Made by a program: the position numbers and the translations under genes. The notes beneath the pieces are model-generated. The model saw nothing but the letters and a program-made list of their open reading frames with translations. It ran no database searches and was not told where the DNA came from. Below are positions 1 through 8,968 of a stretch of DNA of 20,000 nucleotides, piece by piece; the stretch's first letter is position 1; the number at the start of each line of letters is the position of its first letter. The DNA comes from an uncultured virus (IMG/VR IMGVR_UViG_3300001344_000002) (lineage: Duplodnaviria > Heunggongvirae > Uroviricota > Caudoviricetes), in the IMG/VR virus record IMGVR_UViG_3300001344_000002; one strand, written 5' to 3'.

Positions 1-3000
1 CTTCTTTAACTGCCTTATCAAAAGAAGGTGGGTTTTCTTGTGTAGCAGATATCTCTAGTGAATCTTTTAGCTCTTGAGAGATTAAATCTTTTGCATTAAA
101 CATAAGATTCATTCTCATCAAACCATCCTGATCTGGAACATTGTAACCTTCTATTGCTTTTGGGATCTGTATTACATCACCTGTCTTAGTAGTAATTTCT
201 TGAAAAGGTAAATTTCCTTCCTCACTATTTTCTCTGACAATTCTATTATACTCATTTTCTATAAAATCAGATACATGACCTAAGTAGTCAGGAGATATTC
301 TTAACCCTTCATCTACTGCTTTTACAACAGGTAATAATACTTGATCATTTGTATTAGAAGATTCCATTATCCTAATTAAGATTGGTGCTACTGCAGCAGA
401 ATCCATTTTAGTTTTTAAAGTGTTATTCCTAGAGTTATAATCAAACAAGTAATTGTTTATAATAGATGTAGTAAGTTGTTTAGGTGTAAAACTGCCATAC
501 TCTGTTGTACCTATAACACCATCTTGATATGAATCTAGATTAGCACTTCTATCTAATGTCTTAACTTCTTTTAAACCAGATAACCTTAAAATTTGTAGCT
601 GGTTAGCTTCTGACATGCTTAAGAATTCTTCACTATTTAATAGATAATTATTTTGTAAAAATTTATCTGATTCTAATCTATTTATCTCAGCCTCTTTATT
701 TAAATTATAAACTTTTTCTAAATGAAATGTAGGCTTCTGATGTGCATTGACTAAATCACCATTTACATTTCTAAATACTGACAAACCAACTGTCTCATCA
801 AGCAATGCATTATTAACAGCTAATTTTTTTAATCTTGAAATTGCCCCTTCATTTTCTGAATTAAATAAATCTCCATTTTCTTTAATAATATCTTGTAGCC
901 AAAACATATCGGCTGCTAGAATAGGCTTTACTTCATTATTGAATTGAAGTATAGATTCTTGATTGCTAGTTTCTGTTTGATTTGAGGCAGACAATATACT
1001 ATACTTAACATACAACGGACTTAACTTAATGCCCACACCTTCAAATAAATCTTGTGCTAATTTTTTAGATATGTTATCTAAAGGAACATCCTCATACCCT
1101 TCTGGTTGAATTAACTCATCATAAATAGCATTAACTGATCTTGTAGCAGCTTTTTTCTTTTCTTTATTTATTTTCCAATCTAAAGACTTAGTTGTATAAG
1201 CTTGACCCCATAGTTCATTTTGAGTATGTGTGTCATCTCTCTCAGCCGCTGAAAAAGATATTACTTCATTGGTATTGTCTTGTTGTAAGAATATCCAATT
1301 TACTTTATAGTTAGTAAATCCTTTTGTAATTTGATTAAACAACAAAGGATTTTTGATTTCCTGAGGCAGTTGTATATCAGATATCTCAGATACATCATGA
1401 TAATTTATTCCTATATCATTAAATATGCTTTCTACTGCAGCTTTAGTATTAGGGTTATTACCACTAAATGTATACATGCGTTGTAATATCTTTAGAGGAT
1501 CTGTCTCATTCTTAACAGATTTGATTATACCATTGTAAGTTTTAAAAGAGTTTATTGGTATAACTAATTTTTCACCACTTTCTAATTGCTCATTACCAAA
1601 TGCATCTGTATATGGCATTGTTATAGTAGAAAGGTATTGTCTTATATATGTTGGTAAAGATGCCAGCCCTCCACTCATATATGCTTCTTTACCAAACTGA
1701 GTTACATTTCTTAATCCTTCATTGTTTTCATACTCATCAATATTGTTATCAATGATTTGTTGTTGTACATCTATAAGTTGTAAAACTTCAAATACAGATT
1801 TGTATACTGGGCTATCTTCAATCTTTTCTGATGCATTAAATGTAAGTGCATCATGTATTCTTTCAAGTTGCTCAATGGCCGCTATATTAGAAGCTTCTTG
1901 AGAAGAATTATACTTACTATTAATTGGGTTTGTTACGTTATATAACCAAGCAAAATCTTCTAGTACATCTTCAAATATATCTGCATTACTTATTTCTGGA
2001 TCTATGTTTTCAGTTTTTCTACTAACATAACTAGCAGCCATACTACTAATTAAATTATTAGCAATGTTACTATCTAGATATAAATAACCTTTACTACCAT
2101 TAACTTGCAAACCTTCGTATGGTAATATAGCATTAGCTATAATTACTTGTGGGCTTGGGTCTAATGTAAAATCATTAGCAACTACTGATGCTTGTGCATA
2201 TTTGGCAGAATCAATATTCTCAAACAATGTTTGCAGTTTATTTTTATTGTATGTACTAAATAATGATTTAAACCATTCTATTATTCTTGTAAAGAATGAT
2301 TTAACTTCTGCATCTATTTTTGTTTCTTTAGGATTAGTTTTAAATATTTCAAACTGATCCGCCATGTACTCTTCATAGTATCTGTTTTCTAATTCTATAT
2401 CAGACATATTAGCATAAGTGTCTGCAGAGTTTCTGAACTTTTTTAGTTCAGTTGAAATTGATTTGCCTTCTGACCTAAGTGATTCTCTCTTTTGTTTTTT
2501 AGCAAAAGACAATAAACTTTTTTGTTCTTGTGGTGTAAGTAGCATCCTATATACACCATGAAAAGCTTCATGATATCTAAAAGGATTAGATGCTCCAGTA
2601 TATAATGTACCACTTGCTCTTAACCCCCCACTTACAGAAGATAGATCTAAAGCAAATGCTCCAACTCTAACTCCACCAGCTTTCATATTATTACCTAGTG
2701 ATTCAATATCAGCTATATTAATAAATGAAGGCAAGTTTGTTTTAGCCCACTCAGTAAATATATTGATGTCTTCTACATCTCTTTTGGATAACCTAGGAGA
2801 TAAAATTTTATTAGCTGGACCAATCAGGTCCTCTCTTTGCTTTAATAAGTCTTGATATATTTTATCTTTTCTTAATGCTCTTACCTTTTTCTTTTCACCT
2901 ACTTGTTCAGATATCTCTAATTCTCTTTCAGCTATCTGATTATTTATTGCATCTATAGGAGTTTGTGCAATTAGAGTAAGGTCAATATCATTTTTTTGAT

Positions 3001-6000
3001 CTTTAGTAACTGTAACTTTTAATATATCTTCAATCTCTTGACTCTTGGCTTGACGTATTGCCCTCTCTCTTTGTGAAAGTTGTTGACCTGTTTTAATTTT
3101 ATCAGCAATAGATTGTATTACTTTAATTTCTACTACACCATTATTAGTAAATTCTAAAAATGCTTCACTAGATATAGTATCATCTTCAGACTTGTCAAAT
3201 GCTTTTTCAACATTTTCTTGACTTATCTTATCACCAAGATTAGTAATTGCTCTAGCTCTTGCTCTAGCAGGATCCTCTCTTCTTTCTTCAGTATCTTCTA
3301 CTCTTTTTAATTTATCTGGCTCAAGTTCTGTTCTAGGTCTAGCTAAGAATATACCTTTATCTTTTGTAGCTTGGATAGCACTAGCACTTGCCTCAACATT
3401 AATAAACTGACCTGTTCTAATTTCTGGACCTAGCTTGGTAACTAAGTCTTGCATTAACATGTCTATAGAAGCATCTAATGGTATTGACTTTCTAAAGTTG
3501 TTGATACTTAAAGTCTCTACACCAACCTCATTTCCTTTTGGATCACTAATAATCTTTTCAGAAAATCTTTCCAAATGCTGTATTGTAGTTCCTTGCTTTT
3601 GTTGATCAGCTGCATTATAATATACTTTGCCTTTTTTACCTGTATACTTATTAAATAGATCTGCTCTTAATGCCCCATCAGGTGCAACATCTATAGTTAC
3701 ATTTACTCCTTTTGGCCCACTAATAAAGAACTCACCATAATCTTTAATAAATTGTAATTTAAACTCATCATTAAAACCTTTGTCTTTAATAACTTTCTTA
3801 CCATTCTTAGTAGTCATGTTATCTTTATTAGCAACACTTGCTTGCTGCAATAAATCATTAAACATTTTAATTACAGTATCTTCTTCTACTCTAATTGCTT
3901 TTGCAGTTGCTAATGTCATTAATCCGTTAGGCTGTTCAATAGGCATTATATATCTATCAGTATAACCTCCATTTGGACCAGTCTTATCACCGCTTATCAT
4001 TTTATTCCAAAGACCTGCATCTTTAAGATTATTTTCTATTCTATCTGCCAATTCAGTTTTAGCATCAGATTTTAAATTAGATATAATTGTAGGTTCATCA
4101 CCTACCATATTACCAGCAGAATCTCTTTTTATATCATAGATAATTATAGCACCATCTGTAGTAGTACTTTGAGATAATTGACTTAATGAAATTTCTGGGT
4201 TAGTTCCTTTTTTATAAGCAGGTATACCATCACTTCTTGTTATCTTTAACCCTTCTGATAAAGTACCTACAGTCTGATCCTTAGATATCATATCATTAGC
4301 AAATGAAACTAGAACTGCCTGTGTATCATAATCATTACTAACTTGATCTAATGCAGATTGCATACCTTGATTGTTGCTTGAAGGTATAATTATGTTTTTA
4401 GCAAAATCAGTTGTCATAGCTGATGGAACAACAACCTTACCTTTAGCATCAACAAAATATAAAGAATCATTAGGTAAGAAAGCAATAGTACCTTCACCCC
4501 TTTCATTTACAAGCCTGCCTTCTATTATAGGTAGCTTGTTGTCTGTTAGCATTTTATTAAAATCTACAGTCTGATCTTTACTTAACTTAAGAGCAATAGT
4601 ATATCTCTCTCTTTGTTTTTTAATATATGGGTTAGCCTTACTTTCATCATTACCATAAAATCTATTATCCTTTATAGGCTCATTTATCATTTCATTCTCT
4701 TGAATGTCCACAATTAAATTTTGGAAATCAGCAGGTGTCAATGAATTAAGAAGAAACTTATAAGCTTCTGGTGATAAAGGAGTGTATGCTTTGGTTACTC
4801 TATCAGAGTATAACTTGTATGTATTAGTTGGCAAAGTATCAAAAGATAATTTTTCTAATTCATAATTAACAAAGAAATCTAATTCACTTACAGGTTTACT
4901 ATTGTTGTATCTTGTCTTATAGTCATTAGTATAAAACTCAGAAGGAACAATACTAATCATACCTCCCTTATTAGCTGTACTATTTATTCTAAATTCTTCA
5001 CCTGTGTTTTTATCATATATAGACATGCCTTTTGACACAGCTTGTCCATCAAACATAAACGTAGAACCATCAGATATTTCTCTATCAAGTATATCCAATA
5101 ATCTTTTAGCTTTAGATAGATCTGTAAAAGTACCTGTCTCTCTTATATCTGTTGATATAATATCTAACTGAACTTGTGATAAGCTACCTCCTTGTTTATC
5201 TATAATCTTATAAAATGACCCACCATCAGTTACTACTTCTGTAATGTCAAACATTACACCTTCTGCTACAGGGGGTTTTGATTTAGATACAGTTTGACTA
5301 TTTTCAGTAGTAAATATATCCATTGTTAGGTCTAATGCATTAAGTATATCTACAACTGTTGGATCTTCTAATGCTACTTTACTATTTAAATAATCTTGAA
5401 ATCCTTTTTCTGTATTTAAATCTTTCTGAGTTGGTACTCTTCTACGTGATACTTGTTGACCATTTTCTGTTACAAAAATATCATATCCTTTACCCCATAC
5501 TCTTTTTAATGCATCATATGCGGTTTTAATTCTTTTACCATCATCAGAAACTCTCCAATCTGCAAATTCTTTTGCATCTTTAGTAAATGCAGATTCTTTA
5601 TATTTACGGTACTCTGTTTCAAGTATATTCTTTAACATAGGTGATCTTGTAGTATCTCCTATTTGTATATCATCTATGCCTGCATCCTGTAAAGTTTCTT
5701 CAACATCTATTTGTTGCTGAGTGCTTTCATTAGATTTAAGGTCTCTAACATCTTGTTCTCTTTCTGTTAAGAGTTTATAATTTAATATTTCAGCAATTAT
5801 CTTTTTCTGTATTTCTTGATCTTCATTTAACTGTATAGCACCACCAAGAGCTCTACCATCAATACTAAACTCACCTCTATTTAAACCTTCATATAAACCC
5901 TCAACGCCTATTTCACCAGATAAAAAATCTCTAATTAGTTCAGGCTTCATGTAAACATCATACTGAGCTATGGCATTTATTAACTTATTTTTTTTATCTG

Positions 6001-8959
6001 CCTCTAAGTATTGTTCTGTTTGATGTCTATATATTTCTTTTCTATTCTTAAATAAATATTCAAAGTACTCTACATTTCTTTGAACAATCTCAGCAGTAAC
6101 TTCTGGGTTTGCCATAATGTTAACTGTTTGAGAAAATGCAAAAGCATCTTCTTGTAGTGCCTGATGATCAATTAATTTTTGTAATAAAGTATCAACTACT
6201 TCTGGATTAACATAATCAGACTTATCACCTGCAATACCATTTAAATAAGTTTGTAAAGCACTCTTTATTGTTTTTGTTTTTGCTCTATTAAAGAAACCTT
6301 TCTTAGTTAGATTTTTAGGGTCAGTTAAAACAGCATAATATCTTTTTAAATCTTTTAACTTTCTTTTATCTTTCTTAAGTTCAGAGGCTGGTGTACCAGC
6401 ATCTTCTTTAGCTTTAATTTCTCTGGTAAGCATTTTTATTTCTGTATCAATGCTTTCTGCATTAACAAGAACTCTTACATCTCCATACTTTTGCTTTGTA
6501 AAAATAGGCTCATTCTCAAAGGACTGTTCTATATCAGCTTGTCTTTTTACTGCATCTATAAATGATTCTTTAGAAAATATATATAACATCTTTGCTTGAT
6601 CAACAGCTCTGTTATGAAACATAGCATCTCTATACCCTTTACTTGACTCATCATACTCTGATACATCAATTTTCTTTTGTTCAAACATTTCATCTGTTGA
6701 CTTTGATGCTATCCTTTCACCAAATTCATTTATCCTACCTAACTCAGCTATAAATTCTTCTCTTAACTTTTCTGGACTTCTACCAAAATCTTTTATGTCA
6801 AATGCTTCAGCTAGTTCAGTATCAGACATTTTAGAAAAATCAGTAACCATATCTCTATATAAACCCATGGTACCCTTTTTATACTTACCGTATAAATTAT
6901 AAAAACGTGAAAAGTTTCTACCATTCATATAATCATACTTATCATTTAAAGCAATAGATAAGTTTGCCATACCTGCTTCTTGGTCCTGCAATGCAGCACT
7001 CATTTTAGCAGGGTCTAATAGTAAATCAAGTTCCCCCAACTGTGTGCCCATCTGATTAGCTTGAGATATTACATCATCAATTACAGATTCTTCCTTTTCT
7101 CTTTGTTGTTTAGCATAATCAACAACTTGTTTATCACCGCTTGGATCAAAATATTTGCTATTAGAAACTTTAGCACGTGCAGTACTAAAAATAGAAGGTA
7201 CTCCTGTAAACAAGACTTGTTGATATGGTCCCATCATACCACCAATTAAAAATCCAGATGCAAATGTTTCTAATCCTTGCTTAGTAAATATTTCTTTACC
7301 AGCAGCACCATAGAATCCAGACATAGTAAGAGCACCTCCCTGTGTAGTTTCTCTTAATGCTGCACTATAGTATCCTCCTACTGCAGCTGATATTGCTTCT
7401 TGAGATACTTCTTGTGTACCCTCAACAAGACCACTAGCACCATATCTAAACATCATGCCTCCTGTAGCTTTTGCAGCACCTTTCCAAGAACCTAATTTAA
7501 ATCCTGCCTTAATTTCTTGTGGAATAGACTTAAGCATGTATTTGCTTTTCTTTGCATATTGACCAGGGCCAACTCTTAACATTCTATTTAACTGAGTAGT
7601 TGTTCCTTGATTTAATTTTTTTGCCCAACTTCCAAATACATTCTTAAACACAACCCTGTTGGATGCTGCTATTATTGCAAAATTAGGTGCTAGCGTTTTC
7701 CAAGATGCTTCAGATGAAGCTAATTGAATTTCTTTCATTTCTTCTGGAGACACACCGTTACCATCAGAATTAAAGTTAGCATATCTCATACCATTATTTA
7801 AAACAGTATTATAAACTAGTCCCGCTTCCATTTTAGATTCAGCTAATGCAGCATTATACATTCTCATATCTCTATAAAATGCACCAAATACTTCTGTATT
7901 CTTTCCTATATTATAAGCATTCTGAAAAGTATTACCCGTAGTCTTCCAATTTTTTATTGTATGAGCCAGCTCAGGAGTTAAGAGATGAAGTCCTCCACGG
8001 CCAATACTTCTTAAAGATTTACCACTTTTGGCAAAATCATAAAACTTTTTAGCATAAGCTATATTATCAAAGTTTTTTACTAGATTATAAGAAGCTTTAA
8101 AACCATTTGCTATTGTCTTAGGTATTCTTGTAAGTGTAGCTAAATTCTTTAAAGTTAAAGCACCAAATGCTGCTAATGAACCACCCCCTGTTGGTGCAGC
8201 TCCTGCAGCTGCAAGACCTGCAGCAATTACTTCTTCTACTGCAATCTGATAAACTATACCTGCAGAATAAGCCCAATTCAAAGCAGTGTTTGCAAAAAAA
8301 CCACCTACACTACCTGTAGTACTACCACCCAATCTCATTGCTTCTTCCATAGTAACTGCACCCTCAAGATCTGGAGCAGTTGTATATCCTTCACCATCAA
8401 ACAAATCACTTAATGATCTGTAATTTGCAAATCTACCACTTCTAAACAGGCTGAAAAAATTAGGTGTAAATCTAGTTAAGAAATCACCGCTTGTCTCATT
8501 TTGATTATAGACTTTATCCATATCTGCATATGGGGTAAATCCTATATCACTAAATATATCTGTAGGGTAGTACTTGTCAAAATTAATTGACTTAGCATTT
8601 GCCCAAATAGGATTGGGAAGTTCAACAGTTGTTTCTAAAGGTGTTTGCCAAATTTCATCAAAGGCAGATGTAGATCCTAATTCTGTAGGAATAGAAGGGG
8701 CAGCATTTATAACAGAAGAATTAGCACCGGCTGATATGTTAGCTAATGTAGCTGGTGATATATTATCCATAAGACCTTTATACATAGATATACTCTTATC
8801 ATACTCATCACTTACTTCATTACGCATGTCAGGAATTAAATCTTCTATGCTCTGATAAGGCAATGATGTATCTATTGGATTTACATCTACTGCGTCCTGT
8901 GCTATTCTCTGTTGAAGATCATAATCAGGCTGAGGCATTTTTATATTCTCGTCTGCCAT
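1..8959 (-). CDS. Giant virion cargo/ejection protein (at least 2986 aa, 3'-truncated by the window edge) with a zincin metallopeptidase motif; probable crAss-like virion RNA polymerase-associated polyprotein
   Basis: ATG at 8957-8959 (minus), 9 nt after the TAA of the upstream gene. Translation starts MADENIKMPQPDYDLQQRIAQDAVDV, and the same frame is open at the left edge (...ENPPSFDKAVKE). Every segment I translated was stop-free, and an internal stop would have made the ORF track report an ORF starting at 8959. Contains EGTQEVSQE (7397-7423), HEAFH (2558-2572), EEYMADQF (2351-2374) and SFFTRIIEWFKSLF. No RNAP catalytic DxDxD motif was seen in the parts translated, so the RNAP link is inference. 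Confidence 0.9.
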   Translation of the reverse strand, partial: MADENIKMPQPDYDLQQRIAQDAVDVNPIDTSLPYQSIEDLIPDMRNEVSDEYDKSISMYKGLMDNISPATLANISAGANSSVINAAPSIPTELGSTSAFDEIWQTPLETTVELPNPIWANAKSINFDKYYPTDIFSDIGFTPYADMDKVYNQNETSGDFLTRFTPNFFSLFRSGRFANYRSLSDLFDGEGYTTAPDLEGAVTMEEAMRLGGSTTGSVGGFFANTALNWAYSAGIVYQIAVEEVIAAGLAAAGAAPTGGGSLAAFGALTLKNLATLTRIPKTIANGFKASYNLVKNFDNIAYAKKFYDFAKSGKSLRSIGRGGLHLLTPELAHTIKNWKTTGNTFQNAYNIGKNTEVFGAFYRDMRMYNAALAESKMEAGLVYNTVLNNGMRYANFNSDGNGVSPEEMKEIQLASSEASWKTLAPNFAIIAASNRVVFKNVFGSWAKKLNQGTTTQLNRMLRVGPGQYAKKSKYMLKSIPQEIKAGFKLGSWKGAAKATGGMMFRYGASGLVEGTQEVSQEAISAAVGGYYSAALRETTQGGALTMSGFYGAAGKEIFTKQGLETFASGFLIGGMMGPYQQVLFTGVPSIFSTARAKVSNSKYFDPSGDKQVVDYAKQQREKEESVIDDVISQANQMGTQLGELDLLLDPAKMSAALQDQEAGMANLSIALNDKYDYMNGRNFSRFYNLYGKYKKGTMGLYRDMVTDFSKMSDTELAEAFDIKDFGRSPEKLREEFIAELGRINEFGERIASKSTDEMFEQKKIDVSEYDESSKGYRDAMFHNRAVDQAKMLYIFSKESFIDAVKRQADIEQSFENEPIFTKQKYGDVRVLVNAESIDTEIKMLTREIKAKEDAGTPASELKKDKRKLKDLKRYYAVLTDPKNLTKKGFFNRAKTKTIKSALQTYLNGIAGDKSDYVNPEVVDTLLQKLIDHQALQEDAFAFSQTVNIMANPEVTAEIVQRNVEYFEYLFKNRKEIYRHQTEQYLEADKKNKLINAIAQYDVYMKPELIRDFLSGEIGVEGLYEGLNRGEFSIDGRALGGAIQLNEDQEIQKKIIAEILNYKLLTEREQDVRDLKSNESTQQQIDVEETLQDAGIDDIQIGDTTRSPMLKNILETEYRKYKESAFTKDAKEFADWRVSDDGKRIKTAYDALKRVWGKGYDIFVTENGQQVSRRRVPTQKDLNTEKGFQDYLNSKVALEDPTVVDILNALDLTMDIFTTENSQTVSKSKPPVAEGVMFDITEVVTDGGSFYKIIDKQGGSLSQVQLDIISTDIRETGTFTDLSKAKRLLDILDREISDGSTFMFDGQAVSKGMSIYDKNTGEEFRINSTANKGGMISIVPSEFYTNDYKTRYNNSKPVSELDFFVNYELEKLSFDTLPTNTYKLYSDRVTKAYTPLSPEAYKFLLNSLTPADFQNLIVDIQENEMINEPIKDNRFYGNDESKANPYIKKQRERYTIALKLSKDQTVDFNKMLTDNKLPIIEGRLVNERGEGTIAFLPNDSLYFVDAKGKVVVPSAMTTDFAKNIIIPSSNNQGMQSALDQVSNDYDTQAVLVSFANDMISKDQTVGTLSEGLKITRSDGIPAYKKGTNPEISLSQLSQSTTTDGAIIIYDIKRDSAGNMVGDEPTIISNLKSDAKTELADRIENNLKDAGLWNKMISGDKTGPNGGYTDRYIMPIEQPNGLMTLATAKAIRVEEDTVIKMFNDLLQQASVANKDNMTTKNGKKVIKDKGFNDEFKLQFIKDYGEFFISGPKGVNVTIDVAPDGALRADLFNKYTGKKGKVYYNAADQQKQGTTIQHLERFSEKIISDPKGNEVGVETLSINNFRKSIPLDASIDMLMQDLVTKLGPEIRTGQFINVEASASAIQATKDKGIFLARPRTELEPDKLKRVEDTEERREDPARARARAITNLGDKISQENVEKAFDKSEDDTISSEAFLEFTNNGVVEIKVIQSIADKIKTGQQLSQRERAIRQAKSQEIEDILKVTVTKDQKNDIDLTLIAQTPIDAINNQIAERELEISEQVGEKKKVRALRKDKIYQDLLKQREDLIGPANKILSPRLSKRDVEDINIFTEWAKTNLPSFINIADIESLGNNMKAGGVRVGAFALDLSSVSGGLRASGTLYTGASNPFRYHEAFHGVYRMLLTPQEQKSLLSFAKKQKRESLRSEGKSISTELKKFRNSADTYANMSDIELENRYYEEYMADQFEIFKTNPKETKIDAEVKSFFTRIIEWFKSLFSTYNKNKLQTLFENIDSAKYAQASVVANDFTLDPSPQVIIANAILPYEGLQVNGSKGYLYLDSNIANNLISSMAASYVSRKTENIDPEISNADIFEDVLEDFAWLYNVTNPINSKYNSSQEASNIAAIEQLERIHDALTFNASEKIEDSPVYKSVFEVLQLIDVQQQIIDNNIDEYENNEGLRNVTQFGKEAYMSGGLASLPTYIRQYLSTITMPYTDAFGNEQLESGEKLVIPINSFKTYNGIIKSVKNETDPLKILQRMYTFSGNNPNTKAAVESIFNDIGINYHDVSEISDIQLPQEIKNPLLFNQITKGFTNYKVNWIFLQQDNTNEVISFSAAERDDTHTQNELWGQAYTTKSLDWKINKEKKKAATRSVNAIYDELIQPEGYEDVPLDNISKKLAQDLFEGVGIKLSPLYVKYSILSASNQTETSNQESILQFNNEVKPILAADMFWLQDIIKENGDLFNSENEGAISRLKKLAVNNALLDETVGLSVFRNVNGDLVNAHQKPTFHLEKVYNLNKEAEINRLESDKFLQNNYLLNSEEFLSMSEANQLQILRLSGLKEVKTLDRSANLDSYQDGVIGTTEYGSFTPKQLTTSIINNYLFDYNSRNNTLKTKMDSAAVAPILIRIMESSNTNDQVLLPVVKAVDEGLRISPDYLGHVSDFIENEYNRIVRENSEEGNLPFQEITTKTGDVIQIPKAIEGYNVPDQDGLMRMNLMFNAKDLISQELKDSLEISATQENPPSFDKAVKE
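2160..2760 (-). other. Zincin-like metallopeptidase domain inside the giant ORF
   Basis: GTLYTGASNPFRYHEAFHGVYRMLLTPQEQ gives HExxH at about residues 2130-2134. It is followed by YYEEYMADQF (candidate third Zn ligand) and the amphipathic helix FFTRIIEWFKSLF. This layout is typical of zincins in phage polyvalent proteins and crAss-like giant proteins. Confidence 0.8.
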
Positions 8960-8968
8960 AAACTTTAG

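Noticed and set aside
747..8855. Short plus-strand ORFs at 747-947, 3780-3965, 4371-4574, 7061-7249 and 8574-8855
   Set aside because: All lie antisense within the giant minus-strand ORF. Their S/L/I/F-rich composition is what the reverse complement of an A-rich coding strand produces.
1..8959. A definitive RNA polymerase call for the giant ORF
   Set aside because: No catalytic DxDxD or double-psi barrel motif was seen in the parts translated, so it is kept as a hypothesis only.
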